Assembly (NCBI GenBank): GCA_965263355.1
Contig: CBDHHL010000035.1
Span: 18,255 to 82,254 of the forward strand
DNA from: Leptolyngbyaceae cyanobacterium
Lineage (GTDB): Bacteria > Cyanobacteriota > Cyanobacteriia > Phormidesmidales > Phormidesmidaceae
Length of the DNA: 64,000 nucleotides
Direction of reading: 5' to 3'
The first letter of the stretch is position 1, and each line of letters starts with the position of its first letter. The notes beneath the pieces were generated by a model. The model worked only from the letters and a program-made list of their open reading frames with translations, was not told where the DNA came from and made no database searches. Of this stretch, positions 1 through 9,947 are shown piece by piece. The translations under genes were made by a program, and so were the position numbers.

Positions 1-246
1 ATAAACGTCAAATCAGCATCTAACGCAGGAAGTTCAACATCAAGCGTTAATGCTGTCGGCGTTGATGCGGTTAAATCAACATCTAAAGCAGGCAATTCAA
101 CGTCTAGGGTTAATACTGTCGGCGTTGATATTGTTAAGCCAGCATCTAAAACAGGGAGTTCAATGTCTAGGGTCAATGGTGTTGCAACAACCGCCGCTGT
201 CACATCAACATCTAGCGCAGGGAGTTCAACATTAAGGGTCAATAGC
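1..246 (-). repeat. In-frame 63-66 bp tandem repeat encoding LTL(D/N)(V/I)ELP(A/V)LD units
   Basis: At least 4 units, anchored by (g/a)ttcaa at about 32, 95, 158 and 224. Confidence 0.8.
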
Positions 247-2222
247 GTCGTTGTCGTGATTGGACTAGTTACCACATCCGGCGTTGCCCCAACTTCGCCA
301 ATCAAACCAACGTTACATCCAAATAGAGTCTCAGTTAAATTTGACGAGATGCTAAACCCGTTCAAAAAGTAAGCTTCAATATTTCCATCGACAGTCACAT
401 CGACCCGCGATACCGGGTCAAAAGCAGTGAATAATTCTGTCGGGATTGCTCCAATAAATGAACGACCCAGACTTAACCCGTGCTGCCATTTTGCCGCCCA
501 TTCTGCTAGATCATTGCACTGGCGATCGCTCACAATCACGTCAGCATTAACCCGAATTGTCCCTTCCTTCCATTTATGGGCATTCCCAGAGATTGGCTGG
601 ACCGTAACTGACCCCGTAAATTCTTGATGCTCCTCTGTATAAATACTTTCCTGGTACTCAATATCTGGTGGCCTCGTTGAACCGTCACTGGCCTGCAAGG
701 TGAAGGTCAGGTCAGGATCTGGATTGTTCACCAGGGTCTCAGGATTGGCCCCCGTATAATTTTTGAAAATCACCCCCCTAGGCTGCTGAGTAACTTGCTC
801 AACACGCCACGCCTCAATCGCAGGATCTCCACTAACGTCCAGTACTCTAGTCCAGGTAGTCGTTTGAATTGAATAATCACGTTCTAAAAAGCGATTTAAT
901 TCATAGTTGGTAGGTGTTTTTTCGCCCCATTCCCAGAGGCACCATGGCCGACGTTCTGTGATAGTTCTTGAACTGACTACGCCTAAAATATTGTCGTAAG
1001 TGTAGGTCGTGGTCGTTTGACTGTTGTCAAGTAGTGTCAGGGCTAAATTATTTTCTTCCTCTCTGAATGCATCGCCACCGCTAAGCCCCCGTGCTTTACG
1101 AATCAGCTCAACCGTTTCAGTTAATCGTTTAGTGATTCCGTTATATCGATGGGTAATCGAACTATCTTCAGAATCTTGCAGGCCATTATTCGTATTATCG
1201 GCATCTGTCAGCAACGTCGGCACAACGCCAGAATTGTCCGTAGTGAGAACTCTAGGCTGTATCTGTAATTCAGCTTGGCGTTCTACATACGTGATAACTG
1301 TTTCCGGCGCGCCTCCCGAAGGGGTTATTGTTTTAGTCTCAGTGCTGGTCAAGGATGTGTAGCCAGGGCCAGGAACAGTGCGATCGATTACGCTAGGATT
1401 TTCAATCTCTTGAGCGAGGTCTGAACCGCCCGTTACTGTTAATTCTCCCGGCGGTCGTTCTTCAAGGTTGACTGGCCTCCACTCACTTTCGTCGCCCCCG
1501 TCACTAATGGTTAGACTAAAATCAGGAGTTGTTTTGAGTGTAAAGTCGGCTGGGGTGAGTCTTAATTCTTCATTGGAATCAAGCCAAGCAACATATTTTT
1601 GAGCCGATGCTATTTCCCCTATCTCACGCACTGTTGACCGGGTAGATTTTTTCTGGACAGCTGTGTTAACTGAATAACCACCCGAGATCGCATCTGACGA
1701 TGTTGGTATCCCTATTTGGGTTGCTATATTACGAATTAACGTTGTGGGGGGTGTGGCTATTCCCTGAGTGATTCCTGAGTAATTATTTTCTGGATAAATT
1801 TCCCCCTCTTGGTTTTGAAGGCTGCTTAAATCCCCTAAGTTCAACGTCAAAAAACGTGTATCTAAATCTAACGGCGTCACTTCCCTCAATATATAAAAAG
1901 GTGGCCAGAATCGCTCATAAGTTGAGCCTGTCCATATTTCTAAAATGACCCGATTACCAATAGCTAATAATGATGCCCCTGTGGGGGTGGATTGTGTATC
2001 TCTGTTGTCAAGCAACAACGAGATTTCCCCGCGATTCAGTGTCAAGTCAGCCGTCCATGTCAGCCATCCGTTAAGACTGTCCCCAGATCTCAGTTCTTCA
2101 AGATCGATGTCGATGCTACTCAGGACTGTGGAAACGTCGTGAGGCCCATCGATGACATTTCTGTCAGCGTCAAGGATTTCAATATTGCAACGCCAATCAC
2201 TAGCAGAAACATCTACAGTCAC
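1..2222 (-). CDS. Putative tail tip/hub protein (partial, runs off the left edge; absent from the ORF track)
   Basis: GTG at 2222 overlaps the TAG of the upstream gene. Translated by hand: MTVDVSASDWRCNIEILDAD... The same frame is open at 240-540 (VSDRQCNDLAEWAAKWQHG) and at 1-250. Lies downstream of tape measure. Not every codon was checked. Confidence 0.7.
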   Translation of the reverse strand, partial: MTVDVSASDWRCNIEILDADRNVIDGPHDVSTVLSSIDIDLEELRSGDSLNGWLTWTADLTLNRGEISLLLDNRDTQSTPTGASLLAIGNRVILEIWTGSTYERFWPPFYILREVTPLDLDTRFLTLNLGDLSSLQNQEGEIYPENNYSGITQGIATPPTTLIRNIATQIGIPTSSDAISGGYSVNTAVQKKSTRSTVREIGEIASAQKYVAWLDSNEELRLTPADFTLKTTPDFSLTISDGGDESEWRPVNLEERPPGELTVTGGSDLAQEIENPSVIDRTVPGPGYTSLTSTETKTITPSGGAPETVITYVERQAELQIQPRVLTTDNSGVVPTLLTDADNTNNGLQDSEDSSITHRYNGITKRLTETVELIRKARGLSGGDAFREEENNLALTLLDNSQTTTTYTYDNILGVVSSRTITERRPWCLWEWGEKTPTNYELNRFLERDYSIQTTTWTRVLDVSGDPAIEAWRVEQVTQQPRGVIFKNYTGANPETLVNNPDPDLTFTLQASDGSTRPPDIEYQESIYTEEHQEFTGSVTVQPISGNAHKWKEGTIRVNADVIVSDRQCNDLAEWAAKWQHGLSLGRSFIGAIPTELFTAFDPVSRVDVTVDGNIEAYFLNGFSISSNLTETLFGCNVGLIGEVGATPDVVTSPITTTTLLTLNVELPALDVDVTAAVVATPLTLDIELPVLDAGLTISTPTVLTLDVELPALDVDLTASTPTALTLDVELPALDADLTF

Positions 2223-3250
2223 TACGCACTGGCCCCCAGTTCTCGAAACGCAATATCCACAAGCACTTTAGTGTTATCCCCACTTTTTGGCGATACACTC
2301 AGTTTTTCATGCTGACCAACGTTGAAAGACCCGAAATAACGGGTTTGTCCATTACTGATATCTTCAACCCCTGTTGCAATTGCCCTGGTCCGTGGAGTTG
2401 GCTCAGAGATTTCACTCGTCAGGTCTGTGAGCGTAATATTGCCCCCCTGGTCTCGCCATCGGCTCAGTAGCGAACGTAACTCTTTTAGCTCAGTTAGGGT
2501 TAGTTCTGCTCCCTGAATCGACCATTCTTGTTTATAAGTCCCTAGCCGAACCCCAGTTATGTTGGGATTCTCCCTTAGAGAATAGTCAATATTGACTGAC
2601 TTGCTGGGGCCTCGAATATACGGGTTCGAGAGGATCGTAAAATCAACCTGGAATTCAGTGCTGTAAGCGATACGAATAGTCCCCGACAGCTGGGCTGTAA
2701 TCCCGTCGCTATCGATTGGGTTAATGCGCTCCAGGATGGCAAAATCAGCGCCCTCACCACTAGTCTCTTCGGTAGCGGTTGTACTGGCCCCCAGCCGAGA
2801 ACGCCATGGTCCATCCATGAGGAGATAACAAGGCGCTTCATAATAAGTAAGCGAGCGAGTAGCAACGGTAATGGGAGTGCCAGTAGCTGTACGGAAATTA
2901 ATATTTGTGATTTCCGCTGTGTCAAACCGCCACCATTCATCTCGAAACCGGAGTTCGCCCTTCTGGATTCCAATGCTTGCGCTACTATCGCCACGCTTTT
3001 GGAGCGTTCTTAAATAATTTAATAAGGCAGTCTTTTCAATACTGTCGGCCATCTGAAACGTATAGAGCCTAGCTTCTGCTGCATTTTCTTGTAGCGTCAG
3101 AATGCCGGTTTCGGTCAACTCTTCGTAACGCAGCTGACCAAGATCTTCATACGTGACTAACTCCTGAGCTGATCGACTGATGACCAGATCGGGAGTGCCT
3201 GCTAACTTTGCGGCAGGAGACCAGATTGTGAATTTACGTGTGACTGACAT
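2222..3250 (-). CDS. Putative distal tail protein
   Basis: 342-aa ORF directly downstream of tape measure; assignment is positional. Confidence 0.55.
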   Translation of the reverse strand: MSVTRKFTIWSPAAKLAGTPDLVISRSAQELVTYEDLGQLRYEELTETGILTLQENAAEARLYTFQMADSIEKTALLNYLRTLQKRGDSSASIGIQKGELRFRDEWWRFDTAEITNINFRTATGTPITVATRSLTYYEAPCYLLMDGPWRSRLGASTTATEETSGEGADFAILERINPIDSDGITAQLSGTIRIAYSTEFQVDFTILSNPYIRGPSKSVNIDYSLRENPNITGVRLGTYKQEWSIQGAELTLTELKELRSLLSRWRDQGGNITLTDLTSEISEPTPRTRAIATGVEDISNGQTRYFGSFNVGQHEKLSVSPKSGDNTKVLVDIAFRELGASA

Positions 3251-3315
3251 CAGGAAACGGCTTAGCCTGTCAGCATTCTAGCCTAAAGTTGCATAAGCAA
3301 CCGTTGTATATACAA

Positions 3316-6300
3316 CTACGACTTATATCTTGAGTGCCTTGCCAGTCGTGTTGTTGTCTTCTGCCCTAGCTTCCCGTCCTTGGTCAGTTGTACTAATTCG
3401 CCAAGTAGTCCAGTTTGTTGCATTAGTTCGCCCATGTCCAGTGCTTGGAGCTGAGCGCCCCCAGCGACAACAGACGGGATAGTAGCAGGCTGAATCAATG
3501 GTCTCCCCTGAGGGCCGTTAACTAATCCCTGGACATCATTGCGGTTCAAGACATAGCCCCCAGATCCTTGATATAGCCCGTCTGAAGTTACAGCATGGAT
3601 TGGCTGGCCAGTGGCTATCGCGTTCACTGCTGCGCTGCGGGTAGGCGCGCCAGGGACCAATATTTCCCCACTATGAATTAACGCGGGGCGGTAAGCGGGC
3701 AGAACGCCACCAGTATCTAGGCTAGGAATCTCAGAAGTCTGAGCCTGAGTTGAATTACCAAGAGCGTCAGACAGCGACTGATAAGCGGCCAGTCGTCGTT
3801 CTGCTTCGTTAGCGAGTTGAGTTTCAAGCGCCAACTGCTCCCGTGCGGAGCCAATCAGCTCTATATTTGTTTGTGCCAATGCCTGAGCAGAACTGAGTTC
3901 TTTGGCGGCAGACTGAACGCGAGCATCCCTGAGGCCAATTAATGTTTGCTCTGCTTCTATCCTGGCTGCATCAGAGATATCATCCTGTTGGTTGGCAAAC
4001 GTTTGGGCTCTTTGCCTCACTCCTTCATTGATATCGCCCAATTCTGTAGCCAGTTGTTGGGCTTCGGCAGCAACGCCACGGGCAAACTCAAAGGATTCTC
4101 GGGCTTGTTGGGCAGCTAACGCCTGACTGGCATCGTTGTTCAATTGCTGCACAACGGCTTCACGATTGCGCGCTTGTCCTATCGCTTGACGCTGTTCTGA
4201 AATTGCCTCATCTGTTCGACTGACGCCCTCGCGAGCAATTTCGGCCCCACGGGCATTCCCTGCAGCTTCGGCCTTGTCAGCCTCTAGCTCTAGAAGTGTC
4301 CGCTGGAATTGCAGCTCTCTTAGCCTGCTTTGTTCTCGCTGCGTTTCTCGTTGGGCTTCTAAGGTTCTAAGCTGATTCTGGAATTGTAGTTGGGCACGGG
4401 CAGCTGCCTGTTCAGCGGCTAGTGCTTGCGCACGGAGTTCAATTTCTTCTTTCTTTCGCTGAAGAATCTCATTGGCAATATCTGACTCTTGGGCATTGCG
4501 TCTAAAGCCCAAATTCTCTAACTCTTGCTCTAGCTGCTTCCTGCGTTCTGCGCTTAAGTTTTCATTATTGTTCAGCTCTTGACGTATCTCTAGCGCCCGT
4601 TCAGCGTCAGCTGTATCAGCGCCAGCCAATGACTGAGCTAGGCTATTGCGCTCACGGATAAGCACCAGTTGGGACTCAAATAAATCTTTTTGTTGGTTGA
4701 GCGAGGCGATAACCCGACTCTCAGCTTCCTCCCTTAGCCTCAGTCGTTCTTGTTGCAAACCCTGAAGTCGCTGCTCGTCTTCTATCTGGGTATCGATAGC
4801 GGCTACTGCTGAAGCACGGGCGGCTTCTTCTGCTGCTGCATTGGCCTCAGAAAGCTGAATTCGTAATTCAGATAATGCAATTTCGGCCTGCCGACGGCGA
4901 CGGGTGCCTTCTTCGTATACATCAACCCGTTGCTCTTGTAATTGAATTTCTTGTGCTATCCTTTCCCGTTCAGCATCAGACCTGAGCTGACCGATACGGG
5001 CTTGGATCTGTTGTTCTGTGATTTCAGCGTTTTTAGCACGTTCTGCCAGTAGTAGCTGCTCTTCCTGAAAAATTGTGCGACGGGCATTGAGGGCAATATC
5101 TCGAATGTCGTCTTGGGCTCGATCTATCTCAGCGATGCGAGCTTGCTCAATCTCGCGTTGCCCTTGGACCGCTAATGTTTTTAATTCAGCCTGAAGCGTC
5201 TGAGCTTGAGCTTTAGCCTGAGTGATAGCGGCATCGGATGCATTGCTACTGGTTAACTCCTCAACCAACGATCTCTGTGCTGTGATCTGCTCCTGTAGAG
5301 ACTGCTGTCTAAGCTGATTCAATCGTGTAATTTGTTCAGCTGTGGCCTGCTCCTCTTGGTCAATCTGGGCTTGAACTAATGAAATTTCACTATCAATAGC
5401 TGCTTTGCGTTCTGCAACTTGAGCTTCACGGATCTGTCGGGACGAGTCACGATTCAACGCTTCTCGTTCAGCCGTTAATTGCTTTTCTTGATTAAGGAGA
5501 TCATTTAGAGTCCTTTGAGAGCCTGCATCCTGAGCAAGCAGTTCTTTTTCTGTAGCGATCGCCTCTCTAGTTTGGGAGATCCGCTGTTCTAGCGCCTGTT
5601 GCCTTAATGCCGATGTGCGCCCAATAGCATCAGCGGTTCCTTTCTCTTCCTCTGAAAGACCAGCTTCAACCGCCGATAATTCCGTTTCGATGCTGGCTAA
5701 CTTTTCATCGCTAACCTGCTTTTGAATTTTTCGTACTTCATTCGCTAAGGCTAGTTTTTGCCCCAGCTCTAAACCAGGCGCTTCAATCGCTTTGTTCAGC
5801 CTGGAAATTGCATCTTCCCCAGACAATTCCCCAGCATCGAATAACTGATTGATGCCCTCTTGGAGTGTTTTGATGTTCTGAGAAACTTTTTCAAGGGTGC
5901 CGTTTGAACCATCGGCTAGATTCTTCAGTGCGCTGTCAGTGCGAGTAGCGACTTCTTCAAACGTGTCGGCAACGTCAGGGAGTTCTCTAGCCAATACTTT
6001 AAGATCATTCCCTACGTCTTGGAGACTGTCTGTGGATTCGTCTAACTTATCGTTCCATCCTTCAAGGGCTTCAATCTGAGAACGTATCGCCTTACGCTGC
6101 TTTTCAGTGACAGGGCTCAGTTCCCTAAGTGACTCGATTTGAGCTTCGTTTGCTGCGATCTGGTCCTCAGCTAATGTTCTTAGCTGTCTTCGAGCGGACT
6201 CAGATTTATCTCCAGCATTTTCAATCGAATCAATCAGCTTTTGTGAGCCTGCCGCCGCTACCTCTGTAGCATTGCCATAAGCTGCCAATGCATCATCAAC

Positions 6301-7578
6301 GTTCTGCAGCCCCCCAAAAACGAAATTAAACGCTGTCCCAAGCGCTTGGACTGTATCGACAAGTAATTCAACCTTATCAACCGCCCCAGCCAGTACTGAT
6401 TGAATCTGAGGGCCAAATATCTCAAGCAGTCGCCCTATCGCTTGGAACCCATCCAAAAGAAGGGCCAACACATATTCTGCTTCGTCACCCAAATCAGCCA
6501 ATGGGGACAATATCTTTCCAATTTCCTCGGCAATGTCGCTAATTGCCTCTAATGCGACCTGTATTTCAGCGACAATAGCCCCTTCGTTCTCGCTGACCAG
6601 GTTAAATATTTCAAGCAAGCCATTGGCAATTGGGTCCAACAGGTCTGCTGTGGACTCCCTAGCGATACGCTCTGTTAGAGATATAAAGTTACTGGATACA
6701 TTGCTGATAGAGTTAGCGGCTAAATTGGCCGCATCTTCAAACCCGCTCAACCGGTTGATGAGTTGATCAACCAGAACGCCTTGCTGCTGCCATCGCTGGA
6801 TCGTTTCACGGTCAATCGCCAACGCTCGGGCTAACTGGGAATCAGCCGTAATGTCGCCCGTGATTAAATCGCCAATCTCTTGATAAATTTGCGTTGTATC
6901 GCTCAGATTGTTGGCCGACAGTGCAGCCGTTAGGCTCGCCGCTAACTCAGTAGACGCTTCAATTGTGTTGCTAAATTGCTGGGTTTGGCCATTGAGCATC
7001 CCCACCTTACCGATCACGGCGTCAAATGCTGTCACGGTTTGTTGATCGGTAACGCCTGCGATGTTTTCGGTGCGTTTTTCTAGTTCTACAAGAGCCGCCC
7101 TTAGTTCTGGCTGCAGTGCCTTGATCGCTTCAACGCCTTCAACCAGATTGCCGCCAATTTCTACTCGGCTAGTCGCTGCAATATTGGCAGCATTCTTAAG
7201 CAGCTGTTGGTTAAGCTGTTCACTCAAACCAATGGTCTTTGAGTAGAAGGTTTGGGCTAACGAAAAAGCACCTTGTAGCGCAGACTGGACAGCCAAGAAT
7301 GAGGTAGCGATAGCAGTGATGGCCTGAGCTGTTGGCTTGCCTCCCTTAGCTGTTTCGTTATTAAACTTTTTCGCTTGCCCCGATAAACTGGCCAGCTCTG
7401 ACTCAAGTTTTTGGATCTTCCCAAGCAACTGATCTATTTGCTTGGTATCCCCACCAATTTGCCCGCTGTCTTTGGCCGCCTTGTTTAGCGATTCGAGCTG
7501 TGAGATTAATTCAGCAATTTTCTTTTGCTGCTTTGTGACAATCTCAATGATTAACTGCAGCTTGCGTTGAGCGACCAT
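3316..7578 (-). CDS. Tail tape measure protein
   Basis: 1420 aa, Ala/Gln/Glu-rich coiled coil; C-terminal LDTGG...ALIHSGEILVP motif typical of tape measure ends. Confidence 0.85.
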   Translation of the reverse strand: MVAQRKLQLIIEIVTKQQKKIAELISQLESLNKAAKDSGQIGGDTKQIDQLLGKIQKLESELASLSGQAKKFNNETAKGGKPTAQAITAIATSFLAVQSALQGAFSLAQTFYSKTIGLSEQLNQQLLKNAANIAATSRVEIGGNLVEGVEAIKALQPELRAALVELEKRTENIAGVTDQQTVTAFDAVIGKVGMLNGQTQQFSNTIEASTELAASLTAALSANNLSDTTQIYQEIGDLITGDITADSQLARALAIDRETIQRWQQQGVLVDQLINRLSGFEDAANLAANSISNVSSNFISLTERIARESTADLLDPIANGLLEIFNLVSENEGAIVAEIQVALEAISDIAEEIGKILSPLADLGDEAEYVLALLLDGFQAIGRLLEIFGPQIQSVLAGAVDKVELLVDTVQALGTAFNFVFGGLQNVDDALAAYGNATEVAAAGSQKLIDSIENAGDKSESARRQLRTLAEDQIAANEAQIESLRELSPVTEKQRKAIRSQIEALEGWNDKLDESTDSLQDVGNDLKVLARELPDVADTFEEVATRTDSALKNLADGSNGTLEKVSQNIKTLQEGINQLFDAGELSGEDAISRLNKAIEAPGLELGQKLALANEVRKIQKQVSDEKLASIETELSAVEAGLSEEEKGTADAIGRTSALRQQALEQRISQTREAIATEKELLAQDAGSQRTLNDLLNQEKQLTAEREALNRDSSRQIREAQVAERKAAIDSEISLVQAQIDQEEQATAEQITRLNQLRQQSLQEQITAQRSLVEELTSSNASDAAITQAKAQAQTLQAELKTLAVQGQREIEQARIAEIDRAQDDIRDIALNARRTIFQEEQLLLAERAKNAEITEQQIQARIGQLRSDAERERIAQEIQLQEQRVDVYEEGTRRRRQAEIALSELRIQLSEANAAAEEAARASAVAAIDTQIEDEQRLQGLQQERLRLREEAESRVIASLNQQKDLFESQLVLIRERNSLAQSLAGADTADAERALEIRQELNNNENLSAERRKQLEQELENLGFRRNAQESDIANEILQRKKEEIELRAQALAAEQAAARAQLQFQNQLRTLEAQRETQREQSRLRELQFQRTLLELEADKAEAAGNARGAEIAREGVSRTDEAISEQRQAIGQARNREAVVQQLNNDASQALAAQQARESFEFARGVAAEAQQLATELGDINEGVRQRAQTFANQQDDISDAARIEAEQTLIGLRDARVQSAAKELSSAQALAQTNIELIGSAREQLALETQLANEAERRLAAYQSLSDALGNSTQAQTSEIPSLDTGGVLPAYRPALIHSGEILVPGAPTRSAAVNAIATGQPIHAVTSDGLYQGSGGYVLNRNDVQGLVNGPQGRPLIQPATIPSVVAGGAQLQALDMGELMQQTGLLGELVQLTKDGKLGQKTTTRLARHSRYKS

Positions 7579-7735
7579 AGGAGCGATAAGTCAGGATGGC
7601 TCTATGGTAGCCTCTACCTATCTAACATCAAGCCCAAACATCATCGCTCCTTCAAAAGCCTCAGGGTCATAAGCGATCAGTTCGATGCCATCTTGCGGAC
7701 TGAGTTCTACCCTGTAAAGAGACAAGTCTGCGTTA

Positions 7736-7990
7736 TCAATCCTTATCTCTAAACTGATCCATCGCTAATAACCTCGCGGTTGTTTCCTCGACGAGCTGCA
7801 AACCGTATTCATTTAAGACGGCTTCAGCCCGCCATAGTTCAGTCGGCTCAGCCAGAAACCATAAGCCTCCAACATCAATGCCGCATTCAATTCCTCTTTG
7901 CTTCAGCTGGTCTAAAGCAGCGACGTCGTTTTTGTAATCGCCTGTTGCGTCGGCTTTATATTCAGTCATCAAGTTCAAATACGAATCCAT
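7736..7990 (-). CDS. Hypothetical protein
   Basis: 84-aa ORF co-oriented with neighbours. Confidence 0.5.
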   Translation of the reverse strand: MDSYLNLMTEYKADATGDYKNDVAALDQLKQRGIECGIDVGGLWFLAEPTELWRAEAVLNEYGLQLVEETTARLLAMDQFRDKD

Positions 7991-8054
7991 TCATTCCATT
8001 CTCCGCTATCAACATCGCAGGCAGTTTAACGCCATGCCTAGGGCGACTTGAAAA

Positions 8055-8240
8055 CTATTGAGGCACCGTTAATGCTGCCCAATGGGTTATTCCCATGTCA
8101 TCCAGACTTCGTTCTGTATTGGCATCTTCCCAGCGCCCGTCGGTGTAGCTGGCAAGAAAATAGCCATGGTCAGGCGAATACGCCAGCACTGGTGCCCATT
8201 CATTGGGCTTGTGGTCATCGTCAACACTAATCCAATTCAT
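8055..8240 (-). CDS. DUF551-like phage protein
   Basis: MNWISV...VL...W...ITHW pattern; start moved to the ATG at 8240, downstream of the predicted promoter. Confidence 0.7.
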   Translation of the reverse strand: MNWISVDDDHKPNEWAPVLAYSPDHGYFLASYTDGRWEDANTERSLDDMGITHWAALTVPQ

Positions 8241-8277
8241 AATCTCTACCGTATCTTTTCTCCTGGCTGACAATCCC

Positions 8278-8320
8278 AAAGTAGCGACCTATATTTTAGT
8301 TGTCAAGTAATTTCTTGACA
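8278..8320 (-). promoter_or_regulatory. Sigma70-type promoter with palindromic operator TGTCAAG-N6-CTTGACA
   Basis: TTGACA-17nt-TACTTT on the - strand; palindrome at 8301-8320. Confidence 0.7.
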
Positions 8321-8359
8321 AAAAAGAACCCCGCTAACCATACCCCGGTTAGCGGGGTT
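8321..8359 (-). terminator. Intrinsic terminator
   Basis: AACCCCGCTAACC/GGTTAGCGGGGTT stem followed by a U-tract on the - strand. Confidence 0.75.
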
Positions 8360-8376
8360 ACTAATGAGTAAGGCCA

Positions 8377-8736
8377 TCAAAACCCTTTGATGACATGAAA
8401 GCTACCAACCAAGAATTTCTCGCCTGTGCGAATGCATCGAGCGTAGCCTTCCTTAAGGTAGACTGCTGGAGTTTTCCCCAGAGTTACAATAAAATCCTCA
8501 GTGCATGGGCTCTGAGAAAAGCATTCGACACCTTCCATCCCCTCTAAAGCGGACTGGATAGTTTCAGTCTGTCGAATAACGCGAGGCATCCCGTCGTCGT
8601 CAGGACGTTCTGCGTCACTAACTTGAAATTCGATTTTATCGAATCTAGTTAGTACAACAGCCAAGCAATAGCGGGAAAAATCGCCAAATGTAGCCTGAGC
8701 AAGAATTTCAGCAGAACGACGAGTAACAACAGCCAT
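8377..8736 (-). CDS. Hypothetical protein
   Basis: 119-aa ORF between a promoter and a terminator unit. Confidence 0.65.
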   Translation of the reverse strand: MAVVTRRSAEILAQATFGDFSRYCLAVVLTRFDKIEFQVSDAERPDDDGMPRVIRQTETIQSALEGMEGVECFSQSPCTEDFIVTLGKTPAVYLKEGYARCIRTGEKFLVGSFHVIKGF

Positions 8737-8787
8737 AAGTCAAAAACCTCCGGAAGGGAAAACAAATCGGTTGCCCGACATGTCTTA

Positions 8788-8830
8788 ATACTAAGAGATC
8801 CCTTTTCAAATGTCAAGTGTTTTCTTGACA
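8788..8830 (-). promoter_or_regulatory. Sigma70-type promoter with palindromic operator
   Basis: TTGACA-17nt-TAGTAT; TGTCAAGTGTTTTCTTGACA at 8811-8830. Confidence 0.75.
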
Positions 8831-8870
8831 AAAAAGAACCCCGCTAACCGGGGTGTGGTTAGCGAGGTTT
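8831..8870 (-). terminator. Intrinsic terminator (copy of 8321-8359)
   Basis: AACCCCGCTAACC/GGTTAGCGAGGTT stem plus U-tract on the - strand. Confidence 0.7.
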
Positions 8871-9195
8871 AGATGGTGTTGGCTGCCTTAGATTGCCAAT
8901 AGCGGTACTTTTTAATAGCAGAATCAAAGCACTCTTTAAGAGTTCCGTTGACTTGATTTCGTAGGGGTTGCCATGATCTGTCTTTGGTGTAGTTTGTAAC
9001 CACTTCAAAGAAAACCTCATATCCTGGCTGACCAATCCAGTTAACTCCGTATCTTGTGCCGACAATCTCAATGCAGTTAGTGCCAACGGCCTTGAGTTGA
9101 AAGTTTTGATTTTCTGCAAGAGCCTTTAGTTCGGGCATTTGCTGCAAAAAAAGCAACTGGTTGGACTGACGAAAATCAGAAGGACGCATAATCAT
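8869..9195 (-). CDS. Hypothetical protein
   Basis: 108-aa ORF with AGGAG RBS upstream. Confidence 0.65.
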   Translation of the reverse strand: MIMRPSDFRQSNQLLFLQQMPELKALAENQNFQLKAVGTNCIEIVGTRYGVNWIGQPGYEVFFEVVTNYTKDRSWQPLRNQVNGTLKECFDSAIKKYRYWQSKAANTI

Positions 9196-9282
9196 TTCTC
9201 CTTTTTGTTATGCTGCTCAGGCTTTTTCGGCTATGTCCTTTTGGGTGAGCCGGTGCGTGCCCTGCTTGCTTTGTTACTAACA

Positions 9283-9325
9283 AGTATGCCTTTTTTATTT
9301 TCAGATGTCAAGTGTTTTCTTGACA
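9283..9325 (-). promoter_or_regulatory. Sigma70-type promoter with palindromic operator
   Basis: TTGACA-17nt-CATACT; palindrome at 9306-9325. Confidence 0.75.
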
Positions 9326-9330
9326 AAAAA

Positions 9331-9825
9331 TCAGACTAATAAATCCATCCTGTAATTTTCGGCTTCCCTCACAAAGTACGATAGTCCATGGCGCAAACAG
9401 AAAGAATAAGCAACGTCAGCAGCCATATCATTTAGCATGATGTCTCTTCCGCCCCAACGGATTGAATATCCTTTCTTATTTTTCTTCAGCTGGTAGCCAC
9501 TTACAAGATCTCTATTTTTCTTAAGCCCAGTCACAAGGACTAGGTACTCACATACAAATTCGTGCCATGTTTTTTCTTGTGCCGAATTGACAGACAGTAG
9601 GCTTTCTATGGCTTGCTGCCTTTTTGATTTCGGCTTGATGGTTGTTTCCTCCACTGAAACTATCGCTCCATACTTAGCCGCGATCGCCATGGCTTCTTTT
9701 TGGTCTTTAGCCTGGATAAACTCAATCGCATAGAAAAGATTTTCGGATTCTTCCCACGATCTATCGCCCACTAGCCCAAGCTGTCTAGGTGGGATTTGTG
9801 TTTTGACTTTAAATACTTTTGCCAT
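9331..9825 (-). CDS. Hypothetical protein
   Basis: 164-aa ORF with GAGG RBS. Confidence 0.65.
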   Translation of the reverse strand: MAKVFKVKTQIPPRQLGLVGDRSWEESENLFYAIEFIQAKDQKEAMAIAAKYGAIVSVEETTIKPKSKRQQAIESLLSVNSAQEKTWHEFVCEYLVLVTGLKKNRDLVSGYQLKKNKKGYSIRWGGRDIMLNDMAADVAYSFCLRHGLSYFVREAENYRMDLLV

Positions 9826-9849
9826 TGCTCGGCCTCAATTACACTTCAA

Positions 9850-9923
9850 ATGCTAAACGATAGCTTTTCAGGTGTCAAGTAATTTCTTGACTATTTGCAA
9901 AATGAATTTTGCTTTGCTATAGT
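9850..9923. promoter_or_regulatory. Divergent promoters sharing an operator
   Basis: - strand TTGACA-17-TAGCAT; + strand TTGCAA(9895)-17-TATAGT(9918); operator TGTCAAGTAATTTCTTGACT at 9873-9892. Confidence 0.7.
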
Positions 9924-9947
9924 CCAGATGTGAATATTAAGATTGAC

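Noticed and set aside
50..7246. Many short + strand ORFs in the ORF track over the tail genes, and similar antisense ORFs elsewhere
   Set aside because: Shadow frames antisense to long, well-supported genes
7609..7990. Programmed frameshift in a tail assembly chaperone upstream of tape measure (alternative frame ...ISLEIRIDNADLSLYRVELS...)
   Set aside because: Would need a +1 shift with no recognisable slippery site, and the upstream ORF does not look like a chaperone; not supportable
8301..9892. CRISPR-like or attC-like interpretation of the TGTCAAG-N6-CTTGACA repeats
   Set aside because: Spacing is about 500 bp with whole genes between, and each copy forms a promoter -35; no integron integrase is present
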